Both the position numbers and the translations under genes were made by a program. The notes beneath the pieces are model-generated. The model saw only the letters and a program-made list of their open reading frames with translations, was not told the DNA's origin and did not search any database. This document shows, piece by piece, positions 11,192-18,639 of a DNA stretch of 32,000 nt. Origin of the DNA: Candidatus Nitrospira inopinata (GTDB taxonomy: Bacteria; Nitrospirota; Nitrospiria; Nitrospirales; Nitrospiraceae); contig NZ_LN885086.1 in the NCBI RefSeq assembly GCF_001458695.1, forward strand, positions 2,670,001 to 2,702,000, in the 5' to 3' direction. Position 1 is the first letter of the stretch. Every line of letters begins with the position of its first letter.

Positions 11192-12388
11192 CTACTTGGC
11201 GATCGTGATAGGCAGCCCCTGCACCTTCGCCACGTCCGTGACGGTCATTTGGTAGAGCTGACTCATCAACTCGAAGGCTTCCCGGTTCCACCGCCTCACT
11301 TCTTCTTGACCTTCCGCTTGATTGTCGATGGCGTACCATCGCCCTTCGAGTTCGGCGACAAACGCAACGTCGGCCGGTCGCGTATCCGACTCCGTGATCG
11401 CCAGAGTCTTGACCGGATTGCGAAAGACGGCTCCGCTGCGCGGATCCGGTTGGACGTCGAATTCCGGCTCCGCCTCGATCCCCCTGGCCAAAAATTCAAG
11501 CATGGCGTTGAAGCTGCGGAGCTTGATTTGGCCATGCCAGGGATAGTCTCCTCCCGGATAGTTCGGACGGATATCGACCAGGACGTAATTGCGGGGATAC
11601 CGTTCCGCCTTGAGATGAAGGCCTCGTCGCTCTTCGTTCGTCAGCGACATCGGATCGTAATTCGTGATCGCCAATCGGCCGACGATGCGTTTCGAGAGAC
11701 GCAGGCGCCTGTCACCGTCTTGGCCCCATTGATAACCCTTGTCGATCGCTTGGGCGGTCATCTGATGATCAAGCGGAAGCGGCCACACTTCCTCAAACGT
11801 CAGAAAGCCCACGTGAAGATGGCGGGCCAGATTCAAGGCCGACAAATGCAGCACCCGCTTTCGGAATTCCCGGTATTCGTCCGCCCGGTGCGGCATGTTC
11901 AAATAAAACGTCCGCTTTCCTCCTTCCTCGACGGCCAACCCCCGTCCCATCAGCCTGAGCACGATCGCCGGCTCGACGCCTTGCGCCAACAAAAAATCCA
12001 GTTGCGTTTCGTCCATGGGCGTCAAGATCCGTTTCGTAAAGTCCTCGCCTTGAACGGGAACGATGCTTACGGTCGGATTTTCCGCCACGGTGGCGCCGAA
12101 ATTGAACAGAAAGAAATTTCTGGCGAACACCGGTCCGCTCGGCGCAAACAACTGAGAACCGAACCCCGCATTCGATCGAAAGTCAAAGGTCGCCGCCACG
12201 CTCGAAATCGCCGTGAAGTGGCGCGGTTGCCCCTGTTTGGCCCGCCCGATGTTCAGCAGGAGCATCTCGGCTTCGACCTCGTTGACCGTGCGGTCGTATT
12301 CGATCACCGCCCGGTGCATCGCCATCGGCGACAAGCAGCCGGTGAGACTCATCGTTGCAACCATTCCATACAGCAGGTGCCGAAGCAT
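11192..12388 (-). CDS. hypothetical lipoprotein, last gene of the ABC operon
   Basis: ATG 12386-12388 is preceded by GAGAGGAGGATT (strong SD), 10 nt after the ATPase stop. N-terminus MLRHLLYGMVATMSLTGC has a lipobox (LTGC). 398 aa with no catalytic motif I recognise. I rejected the 42-aa upstream extension in the track ORF. Confidence 0.7.
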   Translation of the reverse strand: MLRHLLYGMVATMSLTGCLSPMAMHRAVIEYDRTVNEVEAEMLLLNIGRAKQGQPRHFTAISSVAATFDFRSNAGFGSQLFAPSGPVFARNFFLFNFGATVAENPTVSIVPVQGEDFTKRILTPMDETQLDFLLAQGVEPAIVLRLMGRGLAVEEGGKRTFYLNMPHRADEYREFRKRVLHLSALNLARHLHVGFLTFEEVWPLPLDHQMTAQAIDKGYQWGQDGDRRLRLSKRIVGRLAITNYDPMSLTNEERRGLHLKAERYPRNYVLVDIRPNYPGGDYPWHGQIKLRSFNAMLEFLARGIEAEPEFDVQPDPRSGAVFRNPVKTLAITESDTRPADVAFVAELEGRWYAIDNQAEGQEEVRRWNREAFELMSQLYQMTVTDVAKVQGLPITIAK

Positions 12389-12398
12389 AATCCTCCTC

Positions 12399-13523
12399 TC
12401 ATGTTGTGATGCGCCGTTGCGGACGGTCGTATCGCCGACCGGTCGCCTGGTCGAACAGATGCAACGCCTCCCGCCCCGTTTCCACGACGGCGGCTTCTCC
12501 GATCTTGGGAACATATCCCGGGATGGTAGCGCCGACGATCGTAACGACCTCGTCCGAATCGGACAGTTCCACCGTGACCCACGCTATAGGCCAGGCCGGC
12601 TCCACCAACCTGACGATCCCTTGCACGGCCCGTCTCGTTTTCTCCTCGGTTGCCGGACCGACGGTGACGTCTTCCGGTCTGACTCCGACGGTCACCATTT
12701 GCCCCGGCGCAATCGTCGACGCCTCAGCCGGCAACGGAAAGCGCAACGGTCCGGCCGTAATCGTCCCATCCTCCATCCGCGCGTCGAACAGATTCATCGG
12801 CGGATACCCCACGAAACCGGCGACAAAGACGTCGGCCGGTCCGTCATAGACCTCCCGAGGATTGCCGACTTGTCGGAGCGACCCTCCATGAAGCACTCCG
12901 AGCCGATCGCCCATCGTCAGGGCCTCGCTTTGATCGTGCGTCACGTAAACGGTCGTCACCTTGAACTCTTCATGAAGACGTCGCAGTTCGGCCCGCATGG
13001 CGGCCCGCAACTGAGTGTCGAGGTTGGACAAGGGTTCATCCAGCAAGAACAGTCTGGGCTTTCTGATTAACGCCCTTCCAAGGGCCACCCGTTGCCGCTG
13101 CCCGCCGGACAGCTCTTGCGGCCGCCGATCCAACAGTGTGTCGAGCCCCAAAACTCCGGCCATCCGCCGTACTTCGTCTTCGATCATGGCCCGGTCGAGT
13201 CGCCTTGCTTTTTTCCGAACGCGAAGCGGGAACGACAGATTGTCCCGGACCGTCATGTGGGGGTAGAGCGCGTAGGTCTGAAACACCAACGCCACGTCCC
13301 GCTCCCGCGGATCCAGATCGGTGACGTCCCTCCCGTCGAACAAGATGCGGCCGGACGTCGGCCGATCCAACCCCGCCAGCAGATGCAAGAGGGTCGATTT
13401 TCCGCAGCCGGACGGCCCGACCAAAACGAAAAATTCCCCATCCTTCACCGTCAGATCCAGCGAATGGAGGATCGCCGTGGTCCCGATCAGCTTCTCCAGC
13501 CCTTCGATCCGCATCTCGGTCAT
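12399..13523 (-). CDS. sugar ABC transporter ATP-binding protein (MalK/SugC/UgpC type with C-terminal TOBE-like domain)
   Basis: 374 aa. Walker A GPSGCGKST, Q-loop, signature LSGGQRQRVALGRAL, Walker B LFLLDEPLSNLD, H-loop VTHDQ. The ~130-aa C-terminal regulatory domain is typical of CUT1 ATPases. Confidence 0.92.
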   Translation of the reverse strand: MTEMRIEGLEKLIGTTAILHSLDLTVKDGEFFVLVGPSGCGKSTLLHLLAGLDRPTSGRILFDGRDVTDLDPRERDVALVFQTYALYPHMTVRDNLSFPLRVRKKARRLDRAMIEDEVRRMAGVLGLDTLLDRRPQELSGGQRQRVALGRALIRKPRLFLLDEPLSNLDTQLRAAMRAELRRLHEEFKVTTVYVTHDQSEALTMGDRLGVLHGGSLRQVGNPREVYDGPADVFVAGFVGYPPMNLFDARMEDGTITAGPLRFPLPAEASTIAPGQMVTVGVRPEDVTVGPATEEKTRRAVQGIVRLVEPAWPIAWVTVELSDSDEVVTIVGATIPGYVPKIGEAAVVETGREALHLFDQATGRRYDRPQRRITT

Positions 13524-13527
13524 CCCG

Positions 13528-14391
13528 TCATCCCTTCACGCTTCCGGCCGTCAGTCCTCCGATAAGATGCCGGCTGAAGAAGGCCGCGAGTCCCGCGACC
13601 GGCAGCGTCACGATGATCGACGCCGCGGCGAGGTCTCCCCAGGGAATGTCATGGAGCCCCGGAAACAATGCGATCGCCACCGGGGCGGTTCGCGCCGCGT
13701 CGCTCGCCGTCAGCGTCAAGGCGAACATGAACTCGTTCCATGAGTGGATGAACGTCAACAATCCCGCCACCGCCAATCCGGGTCTCGCCGGCGGAAGTAT
13801 CACGGTCAGCAGGGCCTTGAGCGGCGTGCAGCCGTCGATGCGCGCGGCATGATACAGCTCGCGGGGCAACTGTCGGAACGCGACCGTCAGAAGCCAAATC
13901 GTCAACGGAAGCGCATGAACCGTGTGCGCGAGACCCAGGGCAATCAAGCTGTCCCGCAACCCCATCTCCCGCATCGTCAAATACAGAGGACTGATGATCG
14001 CGATCGGCGGGAACATCGAAGCCATGAGTATCGCTCCCAGAATCATCGGCCGTCCCGTTATCGGCAACCGGGCCAAAGCGAACGCGCAACACGAACCGAG
14101 CACAAGGGCGACGACGGTCGTACCCGTCGCGACCACCGTGCTGTTGATCAAGGCCTGAACCAGCGGCGAGTGGAACAACACCCGTTCGTAATGCGCCGCG
14201 GTCAACCGCGTCGGGAAAAGAGGGGGCAATCGCACCAATTCCTCGTCCGGCTTCACGGACGCGACGACCTGCCAGCCGAGCGGGCCGAGACAGAACATCG
14301 CGACGACCGCCAACAGGCAAACGTTCCGTCCGGCGGAAGCAACGTCCCAATCCGCCCCGTGATCGCGGCATGCGCGTTTCCGATCCGTCAC
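13528..14391 (-). CDS. sugar ABC transporter permease (MalG/SugB-like)
   Basis: GTG 14389-14391 overlaps the TGA (14388-14390) of the upstream permease (GTGA). Six hydrophobic segments. EAA loop LPRELYHAARIDGCTPLKALLTVILPPARPGL. The 607-aa track ORF extension is Arg/Gly-rich and lies in the alternate frame of the upstream permease. Confidence 0.85.
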   Translation of the reverse strand: MTDRKRACRDHGADWDVASAGRNVCLLAVVAMFCLGPLGWQVVASVKPDEELVRLPPLFPTRLTAAHYERVLFHSPLVQALINSTVVATGTTVVALVLGSCCAFALARLPITGRPMILGAILMASMFPPIAIISPLYLTMREMGLRDSLIALGLAHTVHALPLTIWLLTVAFRQLPRELYHAARIDGCTPLKALLTVILPPARPGLAVAGLLTFIHSWNEFMFALTLTASDAARTAPVAIALFPGLHDIPWGDLAAASIIVTLPVAGLAAFFSRHLIGGLTAGSVKG

Positions 14392-15323
14392 GTTGCGTCC
14401 CGCACCTGTCGCCGCAGCAACGTCATGTAGAAAAAAGACAGCGTCGCTGAAATCAGGAACATCGCCGTCGCCAGCGCGGATCCGTACCCCAGTTGCAGGG
14501 ACTGAAAGAGCGTTTTGTAGGCGTAGATCGAGAGTGTTTCCGTGGCGTTGCCCGGCCCTCCGCCGGTCAACACATAGACCGCGTCGAATACCCGCACGGC
14601 GTCCATGGTCCGAAACACCAGCGTGATCAGGATGACGGGAGTCAGCAGCGGCAGCGTGACCGACCGAAATCCATCCCACCATCCCGCGCCGTCGATCCGC
14701 GCGGCGGCGCGCAGTTCCCTCGGCAAGGCCTTTAGTCCGGCCAGCAACATCAAGGCGGCGAAGGGAGTGGTCTTCCACACGTCCATGAGGACGGCCGCAT
14801 GGATGGCCCAACGGGGATCGGCCAGCCAATCGATCGGCGCGTCGACGCCGATGCGAGCCAACACGTAATTGAGAAGGCCGTAATCGGGTTGATACAGCCA
14901 AAGCCAGATCTGGGCCGACACGACCGTCGGAACGGCCCAGGGCACGATGGCGACGGTTTGGGCCAGACGACCGAATCGCGTCCGTTCGTCGGTCAGGCCG
15001 TCCAGGAGCAACGCGAGCCCCAATCCGATCGGCAATTCCAGTCCCACCGAGAGACAAGTGAAATAGAGGGTCGTCCCGACGGCGGCCCGGAATCGTTCGT
15101 CGCCGAGCAGGTCCAGATAGTTTGCGAGCCCGACGAATTCGTCCACGTCGAAAATCGGCAGGCGATGTCGCAGGCTCAGCCAGAGCGCGGCCATGATCGG
15201 AGCAAGCGCCATGAGCGCGACCAGCGTCATCGCCGGAGTGGCGAGCACATAGCCCCAAATCCGTTCGGAGAGGTTCCATCGACGTCCGTCGGCTTTTTGA
15301 CCGTTGAAAGCGGCCGTCTTCAT
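14388..15323 (-). CDS. sugar ABC transporter permease (MalF/SugA-like)
   Basis: ATG 15321-15323 overlaps the SBP stop TGA 15320-15322 (ATGA). 311 aa. EAA loop LPRELRAAARIDGAGWWDGFRSVTLPLL. Multiple TM segments. Confidence 0.85.
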   Translation of the reverse strand: MKTAAFNGQKADGRRWNLSERIWGYVLATPAMTLVALMALAPIMAALWLSLRHRLPIFDVDEFVGLANYLDLLGDERFRAAVGTTLYFTCLSVGLELPIGLGLALLLDGLTDERTRFGRLAQTVAIVPWAVPTVVSAQIWLWLYQPDYGLLNYVLARIGVDAPIDWLADPRWAIHAAVLMDVWKTTPFAALMLLAGLKALPRELRAAARIDGAGWWDGFRSVTLPLLTPVILITLVFRTMDAVRVFDAVYVLTGGGPGNATETLSIYAYKTLFQSLQLGYGSALATAMFLISATLSFFYMTLLRRQVRDAT

Positions 15324-16600
15324 GGTTCGCGCTCCGTCGACGCCGTCGCAAGTCTCGGCAAGAGCCAATCTCTCTGACGGCGAACCGTCCGGAGCACGTC
15401 GCGGGGCTCCTTCGTCCCGACCACCAGCGCGCTCAATTCTGGCTGCGCCGCTTGAGACAGCAAGAGGTAATAGGGCGTGATCGGCCTGGGCCTTGCGCTC
15501 AAAAAGATGGGAAACAGATCCTTGAAGATCGGCTTCGCGTCCGACAACGTTTGCTCGGCGTACAGAGCGATTCTCGTCGGATTGTAGCCGAGTTCCATGG
15601 CCATCCGGCGCTGGACGTCCGGGGATGTGAGAAACCCAACAAGGTCGCGCGCCTCCTTTTGATGAGGCGAGTGTTTGGCGACCGCCAGCAACCACCCGCC
15701 TAAGACCGAGACGCCGGGAAAACCTGAAAAAGCGGGAACGGGGGCGATGCCGACCTTTCCTCGGACCGGCGATCCCTCTCGTTGCAGCAACGACCAGGCG
15801 TACGGCCAGTTCCGCATAAACAGGGCTCGCCCCTCGCCGAACAGCAGACGGGTCGAATCCTCATCGGCCATGCCGATCGAGAGGGGCGTGATCTTGTGTG
15901 TCCAGACGAGATCCCGCAGGAGTTGCAATCCCTCCTCGGCTCGATCGCGATCTCCCACCCACAGATCGCTCCCGTTGCTCCTGAGCACTTCAAGGGCGAC
16001 GCAGACCAGCCCTTCGTATTGCTTTCCTTGCCACACAAAACCGGCCAATTTGGGGTCCCGTTCCGCATCCAGGACCAGACGAGCCGCGCGGAGCAGCTCC
16101 GGCCACGTTCTTGGAGGATCGAGCGCGTACCGCTCCAACAGATCTTTCCGGTAATAGAGGACTCCGGCGTCGATGTACCACGGCACGGCGTAGAGTCCGC
16201 CGTCCCGTGTCGCCGCCTCGATCGGCCCAGGGAAAAAGTCCTCCCGCCGTATCGTCGGCGGCAAATCATCCAGAGGCGCAATCCACCCCGCCTTGGCGAA
16301 TTCCTGAACCCAAATCACGTCCAGACTCAGCACGTCGAACGGAGCGCGTCCCCCGTCGAGACTCATGGTGTAATACTGGTGCTGTTGATCCGAAGAAGAA
16401 GGCAGCACCTCTTCCCGCACGGTCACACCTGGATGCCGTCGCTCGAATTCCCTCAGCAGGCCGCTCAACGTGCGTTCGTCGCCGGAGAGTCGCCCGTGCT
16501 TAAAGATCAAGACCGTCGAGGCGGCCCGAGATGCGTCGTCCCTCTGCGTGCAGCCGAGGATCGACACCAGAGACAACAGGATCCATGCTCGCGTCATCAC
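15320..16600 (-). CDS. ABC transporter substrate-binding lipoprotein, CUT1 family (trehalose/maltose or glycoside-solute binding type; LpqY-like organisation)
   Basis: Signal peptide plus lipobox M(M)TRAWILLSLVSILGCTQ. SBP family-1 features: DVLSLDVIWVQEFAKAGWIAPLDD, WYIDAGVLYYRKDLL. Start is GTG 16600 or the adjacent ATG 16597; both overlap the upstream stop TGA 16597-16599. Confidence 0.85.
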   Translation of the reverse strand: MMTRAWILLSLVSILGCTQRDDASRAASTVLIFKHGRLSGDERTLSGLLREFERRHPGVTVREEVLPSSSDQQHQYYTMSLDGGRAPFDVLSLDVIWVQEFAKAGWIAPLDDLPPTIRREDFFPGPIEAATRDGGLYAVPWYIDAGVLYYRKDLLERYALDPPRTWPELLRAARLVLDAERDPKLAGFVWQGKQYEGLVCVALEVLRSNGSDLWVGDRDRAEEGLQLLRDLVWTHKITPLSIGMADEDSTRLLFGEGRALFMRNWPYAWSLLQREGSPVRGKVGIAPVPAFSGFPGVSVLGGWLLAVAKHSPHQKEARDLVGFLTSPDVQRRMAMELGYNPTRIALYAEQTLSDAKPIFKDLFPIFLSARPRPITPYYLLLSQAAQPELSALVVGTKEPRDVLRTVRRQRDWLLPRLATASTEREP

Positions 16601-17304
16601 ATGTGCCGCAAATCGTCGGGCGATCGGTCGCGCCCACGGCCGGACAACGTTCGTTCAAGGTAGTCCTTGGCCAAATCCTTGGCGCCGAGCCCGAACGCCA
16701 AACAGGCGGCGAACACGATCCCGCCGAACGTAATGCCGAACCCGACGATCACCACGCTGGCCGCAATACCCAATTCTTCCAGCGCCATGGCGAGCGCGAA
16801 CAACCGCACGCCCCACCGCGACAGGCTGGCGATGAGTCGGGCCGGAGGAAGGCCGGCGTTGACCGCCGCGATCAAGACCCCCTGGGAAATAAAATTCGAT
16901 AGCAGGTAGCCGGCGATCAGAATCACGGCGGCGATCAACACGTGGGGAATATAGGCCAAGAGCGATTGGGCGAATTGATTGATCGGTTTGAGATTGAGCG
17001 CGCCCAGTCCGGCAATCACCGCGAAGAGGGCAATGACCCAATAGGTCATGCGTCCCACGATCTGCGAGGGATCCGACTTGACCCCTCCGCGGCCCAGCGC
17101 CGCGTTGACGCCGAGCCGGTCGCACAAATGGTCCAATCTCACGACCCGCAGCAATCGCTCGACGGCGTACCCCAGCGCCCAGGCCATGGCGAATCCGACT
17201 CCGATAATGATGGCCATCGCCAAGACGTTCGGCAAAATCGCCAGGACTTGCCGGCCCAAGTGCTCCAACGGCGCAAGCAACGCCTTGTCAAAGAAGTCCT
17301 GCAT
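16597..17304 (-). CDS. membrane protein with conserved TM-helix repeats (type found fused to or adjacent to MscS channels)
   Basis: 235 aa with four to five hydrophobic helices in repeated blocks (LPNVLAMAIIIGVGFAMAWALGYAV; IPHVLIAAVILIAGYLLSNFIS; ...VIVGFGITFGGIVFAACLAFGLGAKDLAKDYLE). SD AAGGGAGG lies 5 nt upstream of ATG 17304. The family call is from memory of the TM_helix repeat pattern. Confidence 0.65.
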   Translation of the reverse strand: MQDFFDKALLAPLEHLGRQVLAILPNVLAMAIIIGVGFAMAWALGYAVERLLRVVRLDHLCDRLGVNAALGRGGVKSDPSQIVGRMTYWVIALFAVIAGLGALNLKPINQFAQSLLAYIPHVLIAAVILIAGYLLSNFISQGVLIAAVNAGLPPARLIASLSRWGVRLFALAMALEELGIAASVVIVGFGITFGGIVFAACLAFGLGAKDLAKDYLERTLSGRGRDRSPDDLRHM

Positions 17305-17340
17305 GTCCGCCTCCCTTCTTGCCGTCCACGCCGCCGGCGT

Positions 17341-18639
17341 TTATGAGCGCGGCCGGCCGCTCCAACGATCGACGAGATAGGATTTTCGTTCCTCGAACGC
17401 CAGGCACAATTGTTCGACTCTCCGCTCCGCTTCGGCGGATGTGAGTCCCTGGGTCTCCAGCACAAAGGTCGCCGTCCGTCCCAGATACAACGGCGTGAGG
17501 GCCTTCAACAGGTGCTCGCGGGGCATCACGCGGCCGTGATAGGCCACGGCCGCCTCATAAATGACGCGGACCCAGAGATCGTCCGGAATGCGAAACTCGA
17601 CGGGAGAAGCCGCTCGGAGCGGCGACAGTTCCGCGACGATCTCCCGCCCCAACATTTGTTCCCAAATGGGAGCCAGATCCTCCATGCCCTGCCGAAACGC
17701 GTGAATCATTCGATCCACGTTCACGTGAACCGGCTCGACGCCCACTTCATATTGAAACCCGAAGATCTTGACCGGCACCGAGCCGTTTTGCGCCAACCAG
17801 ACCTCATGATGTTCCTCCATCAACGCGAACAAGGCCCCCAGGACCTGCATCAGCATGGCGGCCAAATCGGCGGACGGGTCCTTGGGATTGTGAATTTTGG
17901 CGCCGAGAAAACTCTGGCAGACGCGGGCGCCGCTCGCGATGGCCTCCGTCGTCATCCAAATATCGATACCGAATCGCGCCACGTCCGACTCCCAGACGTG
18001 CTGATCCAAATAATGCTCGGCCAGCCGGCCGGAAAACCCGAAATCGCCTCCGATCGGTTGTCTGATCCGCTGGCCGTACAGCGCCCTCGTGAGCGGATAG
18101 ACGATGCTGTTTGTAATGGTCCCGTCGTACTTGTGGCGCAGATAGTAGGGGGCGACGTAGTCGTAGTGCTCGTCAAGAACGGGTCGCAAGAGCAGTTCGA
18201 TCCATTCGGGCGTGATGCTCCGCAAATCGGAATCCACCACCGCGCAGGCCTTCGCGTCAAGCCGGCGCGCAATCTCAAAAATCGTCCGGAACGCGCTTCC
18301 CTTCCCGGGAATCCCGTGATAGGGCGTAATGATCTTTTGAAGCCGGCTCTGTTGATCGCTGATGAGCAGGGCGCCGTAGTCGACGATCGACCGTGCGACG
18401 ACCTCGGTCGTGCCGTCGGACGATCCTCCGTCGGAATTCACGAGCACGGCCCGTCGCTCGGGAAAGTATTTCGCCAGGCCCGCGCTGACGGCCCGCACCA
18501 CGTGGCCGATCGTGTCGGCGTTGTTGTAGCTGGGAATGCCGACCAGGAGATCGGCCTGGCGGATGTCGGACAACCTGGCTTCCGTCTCTTCGGCGAGAGA
18601 GACCGAAGGCTTGGCTGATTGCATGTCCTGCGTTTTCAT
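17341..18639 (-). CDS. GT-A fold glycosyltransferase of unassigned specificity, translationally coupled to the GpgS-like gene
   Basis: ATG 18637-18639 overlaps the upstream stop TGA 18636-18638 (ATGA), so I trimmed the track ORF by 29 aa. LLVGIPSYNNADTIGHVV and NSDGGSSDGT are GT2-like nucleotide-binding motifs. AVVDSDL is a DxD motif. The C-terminal ~200 aa carry no motif I recognise. Confidence 0.75.
   Translation of the reverse strand: MKTQDMQSAKPSVSLAEETEARLSDIRQADLLVGIPSYNNADTIGHVVRAVSAGLAKYFPERRAVLVNSDGGSSDGTTEVVARSIVDYGALLISDQQSRLQKIITPYHGIPGKGSAFRTIFEIARRLDAKACAVVDSDLRSITPEWIELLLRPVLDEHYDYVAPYYLRHKYDGTITNSIVYPLTRALYGQRIRQPIGGDFGFSGRLAEHYLDQHVWESDVARFGIDIWMTTEAIASGARVCQSFLGAKIHNPKDPSADLAAMLMQVLGALFALMEEHHEVWLAQNGSVPVKIFGFQYEVGVEPVHVNVDRMIHAFRQGMEDLAPIWEQMLGREIVAELSPLRAASPVEFRIPDDLWVRVIYEAAVAYHGRVMPREHLLKALTPLYLGRTATFVLETQGLTSAEAERRVEQLCLAFEERKSYLVDRWSGRPRS

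Noticed and set aside
13528-15695. Very long track ORFs (607 aa at 13528-15351 and 435 aa at 14388-15695) suggest giant permeases with Arg/Gly-rich N-termini.
   Set aside because: The extensions lie in alternate frames of the upstream genes and are low-complexity Arg/Gly/Pro-rich, with no TM or known domain. Internal starts at 14391 (GTG) and 15323 (ATG) give standard ~290-310-aa MalG/MalF-like permeases and form ATGA/GTGA overlaps with the preceding stops.
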